From assembly GCA_016432525.1 (NCBI GenBank), contig CP066693.1, forward strand, positions 352,815 to 416,814: DNA of 64,000 nucleotides. Direction: 5' to 3'. The notes under the pieces are model-generated. The model was given only the letters and a program-made list of their open reading frames with translations, did not search any database and was not told where the DNA came from. This stretch comes from Candidatus Woesebacteria bacterium. GTDB taxonomy: Bacteria > Patescibacteriota > Microgenomatia > UBA8517. The stretch's first letter is position 1, and every line of letters begins with the position of its first letter. Of this stretch, positions 37,753 to 47,184 are shown piece after piece. The position numbers were made by a program, and so were the translations under genes.

Positions 37753-37805
37753 GGCAGTAAAGATCATCTGGTTTTTACTGCCAATTTTATTTTTGCTACC
37801 GTTTT
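37753..37805 (+). terminator. Rho-independent terminator after the GNAT gene
   Basis: GGCAGTA...TACTGCC stem followed by AATTTTATTTTTG. Confidence 0.5.
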
Positions 37806-37957
37806 TATTTACCATGTTCTAGTACTTATGTGGTATATCTACTATGCGTAAATAGGCTCAAGATCAGGTTGAATATTGAAGTTCTCAAAAACTTCAAAAA
37901 CTCGATTGAGATAGTTATCAAAGGTGTTCCATTCCTGGTATAATAGGTTCACTACTA

Positions 37958-38001
37958 TCAATAAATAAACCCACTTATTTTTTTTGGACTGAATAAGTGG
38001 G
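37958..38001 (-). terminator. Rho-independent terminator after the 38012-38359 gene
   Basis: CCCACTTATT...AATAAGTGGG is a 10-bp stem. T-rich on the minus strand after the stem. Confidence 0.5.
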
Positions 38002-38011
38002 TATAGTTTAG

Positions 38012-38359
38012 CTAAAATTCATATCTTACGTTTACGCCGATTTGTGCTTCGAGCCAAATACCGTAACCCCTCGCCTTCTTCTCTACCTCTTCCCGAGAAT
38101 CAAAAAGCCTGCTTTTAGTTTTTACATCGTTAATATCAAAAAGGAAGAAAGCGGCTACCTTTGTGGCTATGTTCGGTGTGACTTTAAAATACCATTTTTG
38201 TCCTTCTCTATAAACCTTAATATCAACGCTTACCATTGATTTTCTCTCCTTCTTTGAATCTTCAAACGTAAAGTGCAACTGAATTGTAAGCCTAAAAATA
38301 TATAGAGTCAAAGCAAACTCACTTTTTTCATACCAATTTGATATAATATCTTCTGTCAA
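38012..38359 (-). CDS. Hypothetical protein (115 aa)
   Basis: ORF with low-G+C composition; no motif recognised. Confidence 0.4.
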   Translation of the reverse strand: MTEDIISNWYEKSEFALTLYIFRLTIQLHFTFEDSKKERKSMVSVDIKVYREGQKWYFKVTPNIATKVAAFFLFDINDVKTKSRLFDSREEVEKKARGYGIWLEAQIGVNVRYEF

Positions 38360-38994
38360 TGAATATTGAATCCATAATTCAAACAGTAGGACTGCTCGGA
38401 ATTTTCATCATAATTTTTGCTGAATCAGGACTTTTTGTAGGTTTTTTCCTTCCTGGCGATAGTGTTTTGTTTACCGCAGGCTTTCTGGCCTCGCAAGGAA
38501 TTCTTTCTCTTCCCGCATTAATCATAATTTGCTTTATTGCAGCAGTTGCAGGAGATTCAACTGGCTATACATTTGGTCGAAAGGTTGGTAAAAAAATATT
38601 TAACAAAGAAGATTCAATACTTTTCCACAAGGATCATATAAGAAAAGCTCAAGAGTTTTATAAAAAAAATGGACCCAAAGCCATAGTTATCGCTCGTTTT
38701 ATTCCCGTAGTTAGAACATTTGCTCCAATTGTTGCAGGAGTAGGTGAAATGGAGTATAGAACTTTTATAACTTACAATATTTTAGGCGGACTTCTATGGG
38801 CAACAGGCCTTAATCTCGCGGGTTTTTTCCTTGGCAAAACCATTCCAAATGTAGATAAATATCTTTTCCCGATTATAATTTTAATAATTATTATTTCAAT
38901 TGCTCCAAACGTAATTCATGTAGCAAAGGATGAAGAAATGAAAAAATCAATTGCAAGAGAAATTAAAAAATTCACCTCAAAAATTAATAAATAA
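38359..38994 (+). CDS. DedA/SNARE-associated family membrane protein
   Basis: VGFFLPGDSVLFTAGFLASQG and ARFIPVVRTFAPIVAGVGEM, typical of DedA. Confidence 0.75.
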   Translation: MNIESIIQTVGLLGIFIIIFAESGLFVGFFLPGDSVLFTAGFLASQGILSLPALIIICFIAAVAGDSTGYTFGRKVGKKIFNKEDSILFHKDHIRKAQEFYKKNGPKAIVIARFIPVVRTFAPIVAGVGEMEYRTFITYNILGGLLWATGLNLAGFFLGKTIPNVDKYLFPIIILIIIISIAPNVIHVAKDEEMKKSIAREIKKFTSKINK

Positions 38995-39407
38995 TGAGTC
39001 TAGCTGAAGCTAAAGCGTTAAACTTAGAAACCCTTACTCTTAGCCTTGAAACCTCTTCTTTACTAAACGCCTCAATTGACAAATTAAAGAATATTCCCGA
39101 TCTAAGAAATGCGATAGTAGATGGATTTTTTGGTGGCGATCTCAGAACCATTAGATTTGAAATAAGGGGAGAAGTATATGAAGTTAATTATAAAAGAGTC
39201 CAAGAAAGTCAATTTCTATCAATTGCAAGAATTGCCAAACCCACTAAACCCACAGAAGAAAGAATATCAATGTTAATTTTACCCAACGTCTCTGGATTTC
39301 TTCATATCGAAGAAACAAGCGAGTCAGGTCAAGTAAAAGTAGTACAAAACTCTTCAAATTCTGCTACTGCTAAAGAGAGAATATTAGAATTTCTAGATAA
39401 AATTTAG
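38994..39407 (+). CDS. Hypothetical protein (137 aa)
   Basis: ORF immediately following dedA (start overlaps its stop). Confidence 0.4.
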   Translation: MSLAEAKALNLETLTLSLETSSLLNASIDKLKNIPDLRNAIVDGFFGGDLRTIRFEIRGEVYEVNYKRVQESQFLSIARIAKPTKPTEERISMLILPNVSGFLHIEETSESGQVKVVQNSSNSATAKERILEFLDKI

Positions 39408-39412
39408 ATTAG

Positions 39413-40306
39413 TTATAGAAGTACTGGTCCACAAAATATCTGCGGAAGCCTAAGCCTAAAGAATCCAAAGTCAAAAGTTACAAAAGTTGTTTTGCATTGG
39501 AATGTAAATCTCGGGAAAGGTGGAAAGCTTGGAAATGGAAATCCAGATGGCTTTGGTGTCTGTGTAGGGGTGGCTGTTGGGCTAGCAGAAGGTGTCGCAG
39601 TGGGAGTCGCTGTAGGCGTTGAGGTAGGAGTAGCTGTTGGTGTTGCAGTAGGAGAAGCAGAAGCTGTTGGACTAGCAGAAGGTGAAGGTGTCGAAACAAT
39701 AATTGATGAATTTCTTGGAGTAGATGTAGTCAATAATTCAAAATCTGTTGAATTATCCTCTGTATCTTGTCCATGCCCGCCTGTATCATCAATTTTTCTC
39801 TGAATACTACCACCAGCAATTGGAGAAGGAGCATCACTTGCTTCTTTATCAGTTGCTGTGCCCATCCCAACTTTATCTATCAGTGTTGTGCCTGCGTCAC
39901 TATACAAAAGTACCGAATTGTTATCGGCAATAGTTCCACTGTTGGTTGATGAATAAACTTCATCTGTTATCACAGAGCCTGTATATCCAGTTGGGTGTGT
40001 CACCAAAAAATATCCATGGGAAGCAATAGTCCCACTCATACTCGCAACTAAATTTGAAGAACTAGAAGCACTTTCGCTTTCTCTTTTAAGTCTCCACCCC
40101 GACAAATCAACAGCACTATTAGTAGGATTATAAAGCTCTACAAATTCATCGTTTGCAGTGACTCCAGCAACTTGCACTTGTGATATAACAACATGACTAG
40201 CAGCAGCGCGAACAGAAGATTCAGCCTTAAAAATGAGTGCACCAAACACAAATAATCCTAAAAGCCAGGGCAAGTTAGCTTTCTTAAACATATAGCTATA
40301 ATTCAT
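39413..40306 (-). CDS. Lamin-tail-domain (LTD) secreted protein with Pro/Thr/Ala tandem-repeat tail
   Basis: Signal peptide. LTD core DEFVELYNPTNSAVDLSGWRL. C-terminal (A/S)PT(A)TPT repeats. Confidence 0.65.
   Translation of the reverse strand: MNYSYMFKKANLPWLLGLFVFGALIFKAESSVRAAASHVVISQVQVAGVTANDEFVELYNPTNSAVDLSGWRLKRESESASSSSNLVASMSGTIASHGYFLVTHPTGYTGSVITDEVYSSTNSGTIADNNSVLLYSDAGTTLIDKVGMGTATDKEASDAPSPIAGGSIQRKIDDTGGHGQDTEDNSTDFELLTTSTPRNSSIIVSTPSPSASPTASASPTATPTATPTSTPTATPTATPSASPTATPTQTPKPSGFPFPSFPPFPRFTFQCKTTFVTFDFGFFRLRLPQIFCGPVLL
39555..39675. repeat. Short tandem repeat (6/12-nt periodicity) encoding the PT-rich linker
   Basis: Repeated ggtgtcgcagtgggagtcgctgtaggcgttgaggtaggagtagctgttggtgttgcagtagga-type units, inside the LTD gene. 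Confidence 0.55.
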
Positions 40307-40359
40307 ACTAATAGGATAAAATATTCTAGGTCAATACCCAATTTTTGGAGGCTTATTAC

Positions 40360-40388
40360 TTGACAATAAGCTGATCAAGGTATATACT
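40360..40388 (+). promoter_or_regulatory. Sigma70-like promoter (TTGACA-17-TATACT) upstream of greA
   Basis: Consensus -35 TTGACA at 40360-40365, 17-nt spacer, -10 TATACT at 40383-40388. Confidence 0.4.
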
Positions 40389-40538
40389 TCTTTCTGTTAT
40401 TGAAATAAATAACTTCCCATGAAATCTGTCTCCTTCCAAAATTTCCCAATCAAAAAAGGCATTTTTGCCTCTTGATTCGGAGGAGAAATAAGTTAATATT
40501 TCTCTCATTAAGAAGGGGAATTTTTTTTGAATAATAAT

Positions 40539-41003
40539 ATGAATAACAAACAAGTAGAACTAACTAAAGAAGGATTTGAAGCGCTTGAAAAAGAGCTTAG
40601 AGAACTCGTGGACATAAAAAGACCAAAGCTTGTTGATAGGCTTTCTTTTGCAAGTTCTCAAGGCGATCTTTCTGAAAATAGCGATTACACAAACGCCAAA
40701 GAAGAACTTGAGTTTCTTGATGGCAGAATTTCAGAAATTGAAGATGTCATTAAAAATGCTGTTATTGTTAAATCAAACGGCCACAAAAATAAAGTAGACG
40801 TTGGGACAAAAGTAACAGTAAAAGTTAATGGCTCTAAGTTTGCTTACAATATAGTAGGTGAATGGGAAGCCGATCCTATGGAAAAAAAGATTTCTCACAC
40901 ATCTCCATTAGGGCAATCCTTAGTTGGAAAAACAATTGGTGACAAAGTAGAAGTTGAAGCTCCAGCTGGCAAAATTCAGTATGAAATTCTAGCAATAGAA
41001 TAA
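40539..41003 (+). CDS. greA: Transcription elongation factor GreA
   Basis: N-terminal coiled-coil with SENSDYTNAKEE. C-terminal FKBP-like domain ending in the YEILAIE-type tail. Confidence 0.85.
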   Translation: MNNKQVELTKEGFEALEKELRELVDIKRPKLVDRLSFASSQGDLSENSDYTNAKEELEFLDGRISEIEDVIKNAVIVKSNGHKNKVDVGTKVTVKVNGSKFAYNIVGEWEADPMEKKISHTSPLGQSLVGKTIGDKVEVEAPAGKIQYEILAIE

Positions 41004-41193
41004 AGCAAATTAGCCTCAAAAATATCCCATAACTTGACAACAATCAAATTCTGTGATATATTTACTTATTCTGTAGTGTACAGAAAGGCCTCTTCTTAAT
41101 AGATCCAATTTTGTCCTAACTTTAGAAGATGGATTGATCGTTATGACATGACCTAAATCCATGTTAGGGCTTTTTTTATGATATACTCGAGGC

Positions 41194-42741
41194 ATGTCAA
41201 CTCTAAGAAATCTTCGTCAGATTCGTTTAGAAAAACTTTCAAAACTTAAAAATTTGGGGATTAACCCTTACCCTTCTGAGTCAAAAAAAGAATTTCCTAA
41301 TTCAGAAATTGTTAATAATTTTGAAAAATACGAAAGCAAAAATGTGAGCCTAACAGGCCGCATAATGTCTTGGCGTGAACATGGTAACGTGATTTTTGGC
41401 AAACTTGTGGATGAGTCCGGCAATATTCAGATCTTTATCCAAAAGAATGAGCTTAATTTAGAAACTAATTCAAAGGATCAATCAATTGGTTTTAGAGATT
41501 TGAAATTGCTAGATATTGGAGACTTTATAGAAGTTGAAGGAAAAGTCTCCAAAACTACTCGTGGTGAAATATCAATTATTCCCCTAAAAGTGAGGCTTTT
41601 AACAAAATCGTTGCGTCCTCTTCCAGAAAAATGGGAAGGAATTAAAGATCCTGAAATTATTTTTAGAAAAAGATATCTTGACCTGACCATGAATGAAGAA
41701 AGACGCAAAATTTTCAAACGAAAGTCTCACTTTTGGGAAATAAGCCGCGAATTTATGGCAAAATTTGGCTTTTTAGAAATTGAAACTCCAGTTTTAGAAC
41801 ACGTTACAGGTGGAGCTGATGCAAAACCGTTTGTAACCTACCATAATGCCTTAGATGAGAATTTTTATCTTCGTATTTCTACAGAGCTTTACCAAAAAAG
41901 GTTAATAGGCGGTGGTTTTGAAAAAATTTATACCTTGGGACCTAATTTCAGGAATGAAGGGATAGATGATGAACATCTTCAGGAATATTACCAGCTTGAA
42001 TGGTATTGGGCTTATGCCGATTATCGCGATAATATGAAGTTGGTCCATGATTTATTTTTAGAAATCGCCCAAAAAGTATATGGAAAAACTAAATTTGAAT
42101 CTCACTCTCACAAGTTCGATCTTGAAGATAAATGGGAGGAAATAGATTACTCAAATATTATAAAAGATAAGCTAAATATTGATATATTCACATCGACTGA
42201 CGAAGAAATTTACTCAGTATTAGAAAAACATGGAATTGTGATTGAAAAAGGTGCTCATAAATCTCGATTAGTCGATAATCTCTGGAAAATCATTAGAAAA
42301 GATATCGCAGGACCCACGTTTCTAGTTAATGTTCCAAAGTTTATATCTCCATTAGCAAAACCAAAAAGCGATAACGAATTATTAACTGAAAGATTTCAAG
42401 TAATTATTGCAGGAACTGAGCTAGGAAATGGATATTCTGAGCTGAATGATCCGCAAGATCAATATCAAAGATTTATGGATCAACAAAGATCCCGAGAGCA
42501 AGGAGACGAGGAAGCTCAAATGATGGATATAGATTATGTTGAGATGCTTGAATATGGCATGCCTCCAGTTTCAGGCTACGGCCAAAGCGAAAGAGTTTTT
42601 TGGATTCTTGAAGGAGTTGGTGCCCGTGAAGCCACATTCTTCCCTCAAATGAAGAAAAAATACGATTTAACCTTAAAAGAAATCTATCCAGATTTCAAAA
42701 CTTCTGAAGAAACAAAAAAGCCTCTCAAGAAAAAGAAATAA
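41194..42741 (+). CDS. lysS: Lysine--tRNA ligase (class II)
   Basis: OB anticodon-binding domain. Class II motifs FLEIETPVL, FRNEGID, GTELGNGYSELNDP. Confidence 0.9.
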   Translation: MSTLRNLRQIRLEKLSKLKNLGINPYPSESKKEFPNSEIVNNFEKYESKNVSLTGRIMSWREHGNVIFGKLVDESGNIQIFIQKNELNLETNSKDQSIGFRDLKLLDIGDFIEVEGKVSKTTRGEISIIPLKVRLLTKSLRPLPEKWEGIKDPEIIFRKRYLDLTMNEERRKIFKRKSHFWEISREFMAKFGFLEIETPVLEHVTGGADAKPFVTYHNALDENFYLRISTELYQKRLIGGGFEKIYTLGPNFRNEGIDDEHLQEYYQLEWYWAYADYRDNMKLVHDLFLEIAQKVYGKTKFESHSHKFDLEDKWEEIDYSNIIKDKLNIDIFTSTDEEIYSVLEKHGIVIEKGAHKSRLVDNLWKIIRKDIAGPTFLVNVPKFISPLAKPKSDNELLTERFQVIIAGTELGNGYSELNDPQDQYQRFMDQQRSREQGDEEAQMMDIDYVEMLEYGMPPVSGYGQSERVFWILEGVGAREATFFPQMKKKYDLTLKEIYPDFKTSEETKKPLKKKK

Positions 42742-42779
42742 ATTCATTTTCTCAAGAGGCATAATCCTCAACTATTAAT

Positions 42780-43925
42780 TCAATTCGGAGACCAAGAAAC
42801 TCTTGTTAACAACGCATCCCCTTTATCAACTTCTATGGGAATAGTGGTGGTGTCATCGTTTAAGACATCAATTAGTGTTATTCCAGAAGCATGTAAACAC
42901 GCCACTGCAACCTCCTGGGAATTTGGTAGCCAACTAATAGACGTTATCAGGTTACAATTATTTGTATAATTCCTGACTTTCAGATCAGACATATCCAAAA
43001 CAGACAAAGAGTCCTCGCTCGGATTGTAAACTAACTTTACCCCTCCTGGCGAGAGCCGGAAACCTTGTTCGAAAATGTTCAATACACCTTTGGTTAATTG
43101 TTTTGGCTCAATAACACCATCAGTGTCAAAAAGATAAATTCCTTCCTTGGTGTTATCTTTATTCGAAATATAAACCAATAGTTGTTTAGAATCAGGAGTC
43201 CATACAATATCCCAATCTGCATCAGTAAAAGGCGATACATTAGTTAAAAACAACAATCTGGAGTTGTTTATACCAACATTTCGGTTATCGCCTTGTAGGG
43301 GTTCGGTTCCTTTTTTCGTCAAATCAAATACGGTTATGAACAAATTATGTTCAAACTCATAATGAAGAATTGCTAGTTTTTTTCCGTCAGGCGAAATTAT
43401 AGGACTCATATCAGCAACATTTCCTGACGAAGAAAGTATTTTTAAGGTTTTATCAGAAACGATGTCGTATTCATATACTCCAACATATCTCTGACCATAT
43501 ACCAACTTATCATCAGGAGACCAGCTCGGCTGAGTATAATTCTGAAAAGGATCATTAGATTCACTAATACCCTTTATCAAGTTCCCTTCTCTACTAAAAA
43601 TCAAATATGTGTATGTTTTAGCAATTGGAATATAAACAAAAAACATATCTCCTTTATTTGACCATCCAATTCTCCAAAATTGAGTTCCTAGATTATACTC
43701 GAATATCTCACTATATATCGTCTTCAAGTCTGTTCCGTCTTCATTCATTAACCAAATTTTAGCCGGAATAGTTGCTTCATCATTAACCCACGGTTGAGTC
43801 ACGAACACTACTTTACTTTTGTTCACCTGCGAATTGATTTTGATATTCGGAACACCAAAAGTCGTAATTACAAGAACAACCACTATAAATAGGAAATAGA
43901 CTCTTTTCAACACCTCATCCTCCAA
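42780..43925 (-). CDS. TolB-like beta-propeller (PD40 repeat) secreted protein
   Basis: Signal anchor. Repeated SWSPDDK/ISPDGKK/WTPDSK PD40-type motifs. Confidence 0.55.
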   Translation of the reverse strand: MEDEVLKRVYFLFIVVVLVITTFGVPNIKINSQVNKSKVVFVTQPWVNDEATIPAKIWLMNEDGTDLKTIYSEIFEYNLGTQFWRIGWSNKGDMFFVYIPIAKTYTYLIFSREGNLIKGISESNDPFQNYTQPSWSPDDKLVYGQRYVGVYEYDIVSDKTLKILSSSGNVADMSPIISPDGKKLAILHYEFEHNLFITVFDLTKKGTEPLQGDNRNVGINNSRLLFLTNVSPFTDADWDIVWTPDSKQLLVYISNKDNTKEGIYLFDTDGVIEPKQLTKGVLNIFEQGFRLSPGGVKLVYNPSEDSLSVLDMSDLKVRNYTNNCNLITSISWLPNSQEVAVACLHASGITLIDVLNDDTTTIPIEVDKGDALLTRVSWSPN

Positions 43926-44034
43926 ACTGTTAACGTTCTAGCTTCCGATAACCTATATTTTACTCTTTCAAATCAAATTTCCCAAAAAAAGCCTGTCAAA
44001 GCTAAAAAATAGCCCCAACAGGCAAAAAATACTC

Positions 44035-44421
44035 TCAAGAATCCACCAATCTCACTGACTGCTCGATGGTTTGTGTAACTAGATTTCGAATCAAACTTGG
44101 ATACGCCTCTTTACTTGAAAATTCAACACAAAGATGTTGAATTTCATGACCTGAATAAAAACTCTCATAGTTAACAATCGCTCCATCGAATCTCTCAGTA
44201 AAAATTCTCTGAGCATTCCTTTTAAGAGCATCAATATCAAATTGACCTTTTAATTGTGGAGATAGAAAAATATCACATCTTATAATACCCACTCTAGATC
44301 CCTCAAACACTTCTCCTGATACCATCGTATGTACTACTCTTCCATTTTCAAAAGTTTTTTCAACTCCAGCAATTATAGTATCCCCCAAACTCATTACCAC
44401 AAGAGGACTATTATTAGGCAT
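44035..44421 (-). CDS. Hypothetical protein (128 aa)
   Basis: ORF; no motif recognised. Confidence 0.35.
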   Translation of the reverse strand: MPNNSPLVVMSLGDTIIAGVEKTFENGRVVHTMVSGEVFEGSRVGIIRCDIFLSPQLKGQFDIDALKRNAQRIFTERFDGAIVNYESFYSGHEIQHLCVEFSSKEAYPSLIRNLVTQTIEQSVRLVDS

Positions 44422-44485
44422 TTTGCCTCCTCAAAAGTGCCAATCTTGATTGATTTCAAAAATTATATCATAATGTATCAATTAC

Positions 44486-45052
44486 ATGATTACGCGAGAA
44501 CAAGCCTTAAAAATTTTGCACGACAACATGCTTAGTCAAAATCTTCGTCGTCATTGCTATGCAGTTGAAGCAGTTATGCGCTCTCTTGCCAGAAGATTTA
44601 AGAAAAACGAAGACGTCTGGGGGCTCGCTGGCCTTATCCATGATGCGGATTACGAGCTTACTAAAGATGATACTCAAAATCACACAAAATTAGTCATAAA
44701 CTGGCTTAGGGAAATTGAAAGTCATGCAGAAATTGAAGATGCAATTTTAGCTCATGCTTGGGGTTATGTTGATGGTAATCCAGAACCAAAAAATCAAATG
44801 CAATGGTCATTGTATTGCTGTGATGAGCTAACAGGCCTGATTGTCGCAGTAGCTCTTGTTAAACCCGACCACAAGCTTTCATCAGTAACAGTAGAATCAG
44901 TTCTCAGAAAATGGAATGAAAAATCATTCGCAAAAGGAGTGGATCGTGCTCAAATTAAAAAATGCGAAGATATGCTAGATATCCCACTTCCAGAATTTAT
45001 TCAAATCGCACTAACTTCAATGCAATCAATAGCCCCAGATTTAGGATTATAA
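44486..45052 (+). CDS. HD-domain phosphohydrolase
   Basis: HCYAVEAVMRSLA...GLIHDADYE, with the H...HD metal-binding pattern. Confidence 0.6.
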   Translation: MITREQALKILHDNMLSQNLRRHCYAVEAVMRSLARRFKKNEDVWGLAGLIHDADYELTKDDTQNHTKLVINWLREIESHAEIEDAILAHAWGYVDGNPEPKNQMQWSLYCCDELTGLIVAVALVKPDHKLSSVTVESVLRKWNEKSFAKGVDRAQIKKCEDMLDIPLPEFIQIALTSMQSIAPDLGL

Positions 45053-45097
45053 AAAGACTCAAGATTCTAAATATTAGTCACTTGAGTCTTTGTTTTC

Positions 45098-45328
45098 TTA
45101 AACAGTAACTGAACTTGCCCATCTGGAAAAAACTAGCTGTTTGTCATGATCATAATACAATCGTTCTTGATCTCCTAAACTATCAATCTCACCTATCACA
45201 ATAAATCCTCCCTGATTTTTCCAAAGTTCATCGATTTTTGACCAATTCACCTCATTGAGATTATTTTTATCACTTTGATAAAGTACTTTACAAGGATGGT
45301 CCTTAATCCTAAATTTCACGGTAGACAT
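45098..45328 (-). CDS. Hypothetical small protein (76 aa)
   Basis: ORF only. Confidence 0.3.
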   Translation of the reverse strand: MSTVKFRIKDHPCKVLYQSDKNNLNEVNWSKIDELWKNQGGFIVIGEIDSLGDQERLYYDHDKQLVFSRWASSVTV

Positions 45329-45431
45329 TTTGCCTCCTTGCTTAAGTTTAGAAACTTACAAAATTTTACAACAAAATACAAATAGAGCAAGCTGTTGGCT
45401 ATTTTAACAATTTGAAGTAAAATAAGCATAA

Positions 45432-46667
45432 ATGTTAGATATTCAATTTATTCGCGAAAACCCCGATGAGGTCAAAAAAGGCATTTCCTCAAAAAATATT
45501 AACCCCAATTTGGTTGATAAACTTCTAAAACTAGATGAAACACGCAAGAGTTTAATTTTGGAAATTGAAAACTTAAGAAGCCAAAGAAACAAGATTGCAA
45601 AAGAAGGAAAAGCCTCAATTGAGGGCAAGAAAATAAAAGATGAGCTTAAAACCAAAGAACCGGAATTGGAAAAAATTGAAAAAGAGTACAAAAAAACTCT
45701 GTTTGAGATACCCAATCTTCCAAAAGATGATGTAAAAATCGGCAAAAATGACACAGAAAACGAGATCTTACGAAAATGGGGAGAACCAAAAAAATTTGAT
45801 TTTCCTATTAAAGACCATCTGGTACTTGGTGAAAAATTAGGCATAATCGACACAGAAAGAGCTTCAAAAGTATCAGGTGCCCGATTTGCTTATCTAAAAG
45901 CAGATGCGGCTTTGCTAGAATTCGCTCTCCTAAGCTTTGCAATGGAAACTCTCGTTAAGGTTGGTTTTATTCCAGTAATTCCACCAGTTCTAATTAAAAA
46001 AGAGATGATGTCAGGGATGGGTTATTTAGAGCACGGCGGAGAAGAGGACATGTATATTTTGGATAAAGATAATATGATCTTGATTGGCACTTCTGAACAA
46101 TCAATTGGTCCAATGCATGCGAATGAAGTCTTGGATGTCAAAAAACCAATAAGATATGCTGGTTTTTCTAGCTGTTTCAGAAGAGAAGCAGGCTCCTATG
46201 GGAAGGATACGAAAGGAATAATTAGAGTTCATCAATTTGATAAGGTTGAAATGTTTAGCTTTATCCACCCTGATAAATCAGAAGAAGAACATGAATTTTT
46301 ACTCAATTTAGAAGAAAAACTCCTTCAATCTCTTGAAATCCCTTATCAAGTAGTAAAAATGTGTTCAGGTGATTTAGGTACGACAGCAGCCAGAAAATAC
46401 GATCTAGAAGGGTGGATTCCAAGTCAAAATAAATATAGAGAACTAACTTCAACCTCAACAGTTACAGATTTCCAAGCCCGTCGTCTAAATATTAAATTCA
46501 GAGAAAAAGGACAAATCAAATTTGTCCACATGCTTAACGGAACTGCATTTGCCATGGGTCGCACAATAGTAGCCATAATAGAAAATAACCAACAGAAAGA
46601 TGGAAGTATTGTTGTTCCCGAAGTCCTAAGAAAATGGTTTGGTAAAGATAAAATCGCTCATTCATAA
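45432..46667 (+). CDS. serS: Serine--tRNA ligase
   Basis: N-terminal coiled-coil arm. Class II motifs FSSCFRREAGSYGKDTKGIIRVHQFDKVE and GDLG..AARKYDLEGW. Confidence 0.9.
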   Translation: MLDIQFIRENPDEVKKGISSKNINPNLVDKLLKLDETRKSLILEIENLRSQRNKIAKEGKASIEGKKIKDELKTKEPELEKIEKEYKKTLFEIPNLPKDDVKIGKNDTENEILRKWGEPKKFDFPIKDHLVLGEKLGIIDTERASKVSGARFAYLKADAALLEFALLSFAMETLVKVGFIPVIPPVLIKKEMMSGMGYLEHGGEEDMYILDKDNMILIGTSEQSIGPMHANEVLDVKKPIRYAGFSSCFRREAGSYGKDTKGIIRVHQFDKVEMFSFIHPDKSEEEHEFLLNLEEKLLQSLEIPYQVVKMCSGDLGTTAARKYDLEGWIPSQNKYRELTSTSTVTDFQARRLNIKFREKGQIKFVHMLNGTAFAMGRTIVAIIENNQQKDGSIVVPEVLRKWFGKDKIAHS

Positions 46668-46685
46668 ATTCTCAAGGAGGCTAAA

Positions 46686-46931
46686 GTGTTCAATGCTACC
46701 TTAACTAAAATGGTCAAACCCATCACTGCCATTTATAAAGGATTTACTTTTGAGCTCGAGAGGAGCGAAGAAAGTATCCCAGAAGGCACTCGAATCTATT
46801 TAGGTGAGCAAAGAGAGCAGTTCTTTGAAGACAAATTCCAACTACTCATGAACTTTTTTTGGATAGACAGCCAAGATCATTATCATATAGGGTTTGCTAT
46901 TCCAGAAGAGCTCAAATATATAAACATATAA
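46686..46931 (+). CDS. Hypothetical small protein (81 aa)
   Basis: ORF with GTG start; no motif. Confidence 0.3.
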   Translation: MFNATLTKMVKPITAIYKGFTFELERSEESIPEGTRIYLGEQREQFFEDKFQLLMNFFWIDSQDHYHIGFAIPEELKYINI

Positions 46932-46980
46932 CCTTACAAAGCCACTCGCGTTATTCAACAACACGCTCTATGAGTGGCTT

Positions 46981-47184
46981 TTAAATTTCAAGCTCATAAC
47001 CACTTTTTTTAACAATCTCTTTTATCTTCTCTTCATTTAATTTTTTTTCATCAAACTCAATTTCCAAGCTTTGGTTTGGATAACTACATTTTGCTTTAAC
47101 TCCAACATCTTCCAAATCAAGTTCAATCATTGAAGCGCAAGATTCACAGTGCATATTTTTAACTTTGTAAATTTTCTTCTTCAT
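46981..47184 (-). CDS. copZ: Copper chaperone CopZ (heavy-metal-associated domain)
   Basis: MHCESCA metal-binding motif in a 67-aa ferredoxin-like fold. Confidence 0.8.
   Translation of the reverse strand: MKKKIYKVKNMHCESCASMIELDLEDVGVKAKCSYPNQSLEIEFDEKKLNEEKIKEIVKKSGYELEI

Noticed and set aside
39478-39949. G/V/A-rich and L/Q/H-rich ORFs (39492-39803 plus strand, 39478-39699 minus strand, etc.)
   Set aside because: They are alternative-frame translations of the PT-repeat DNA of the LTD gene; the low-complexity artefacts are typical of tandem repeats.
40356-40553. 65-aa minus-strand ORF in the greA upstream region
   Set aside because: It overlaps a consensus sigma70 promoter and the greA start, has no SD and no motif, and is probably a spurious ORF in a regulatory region.
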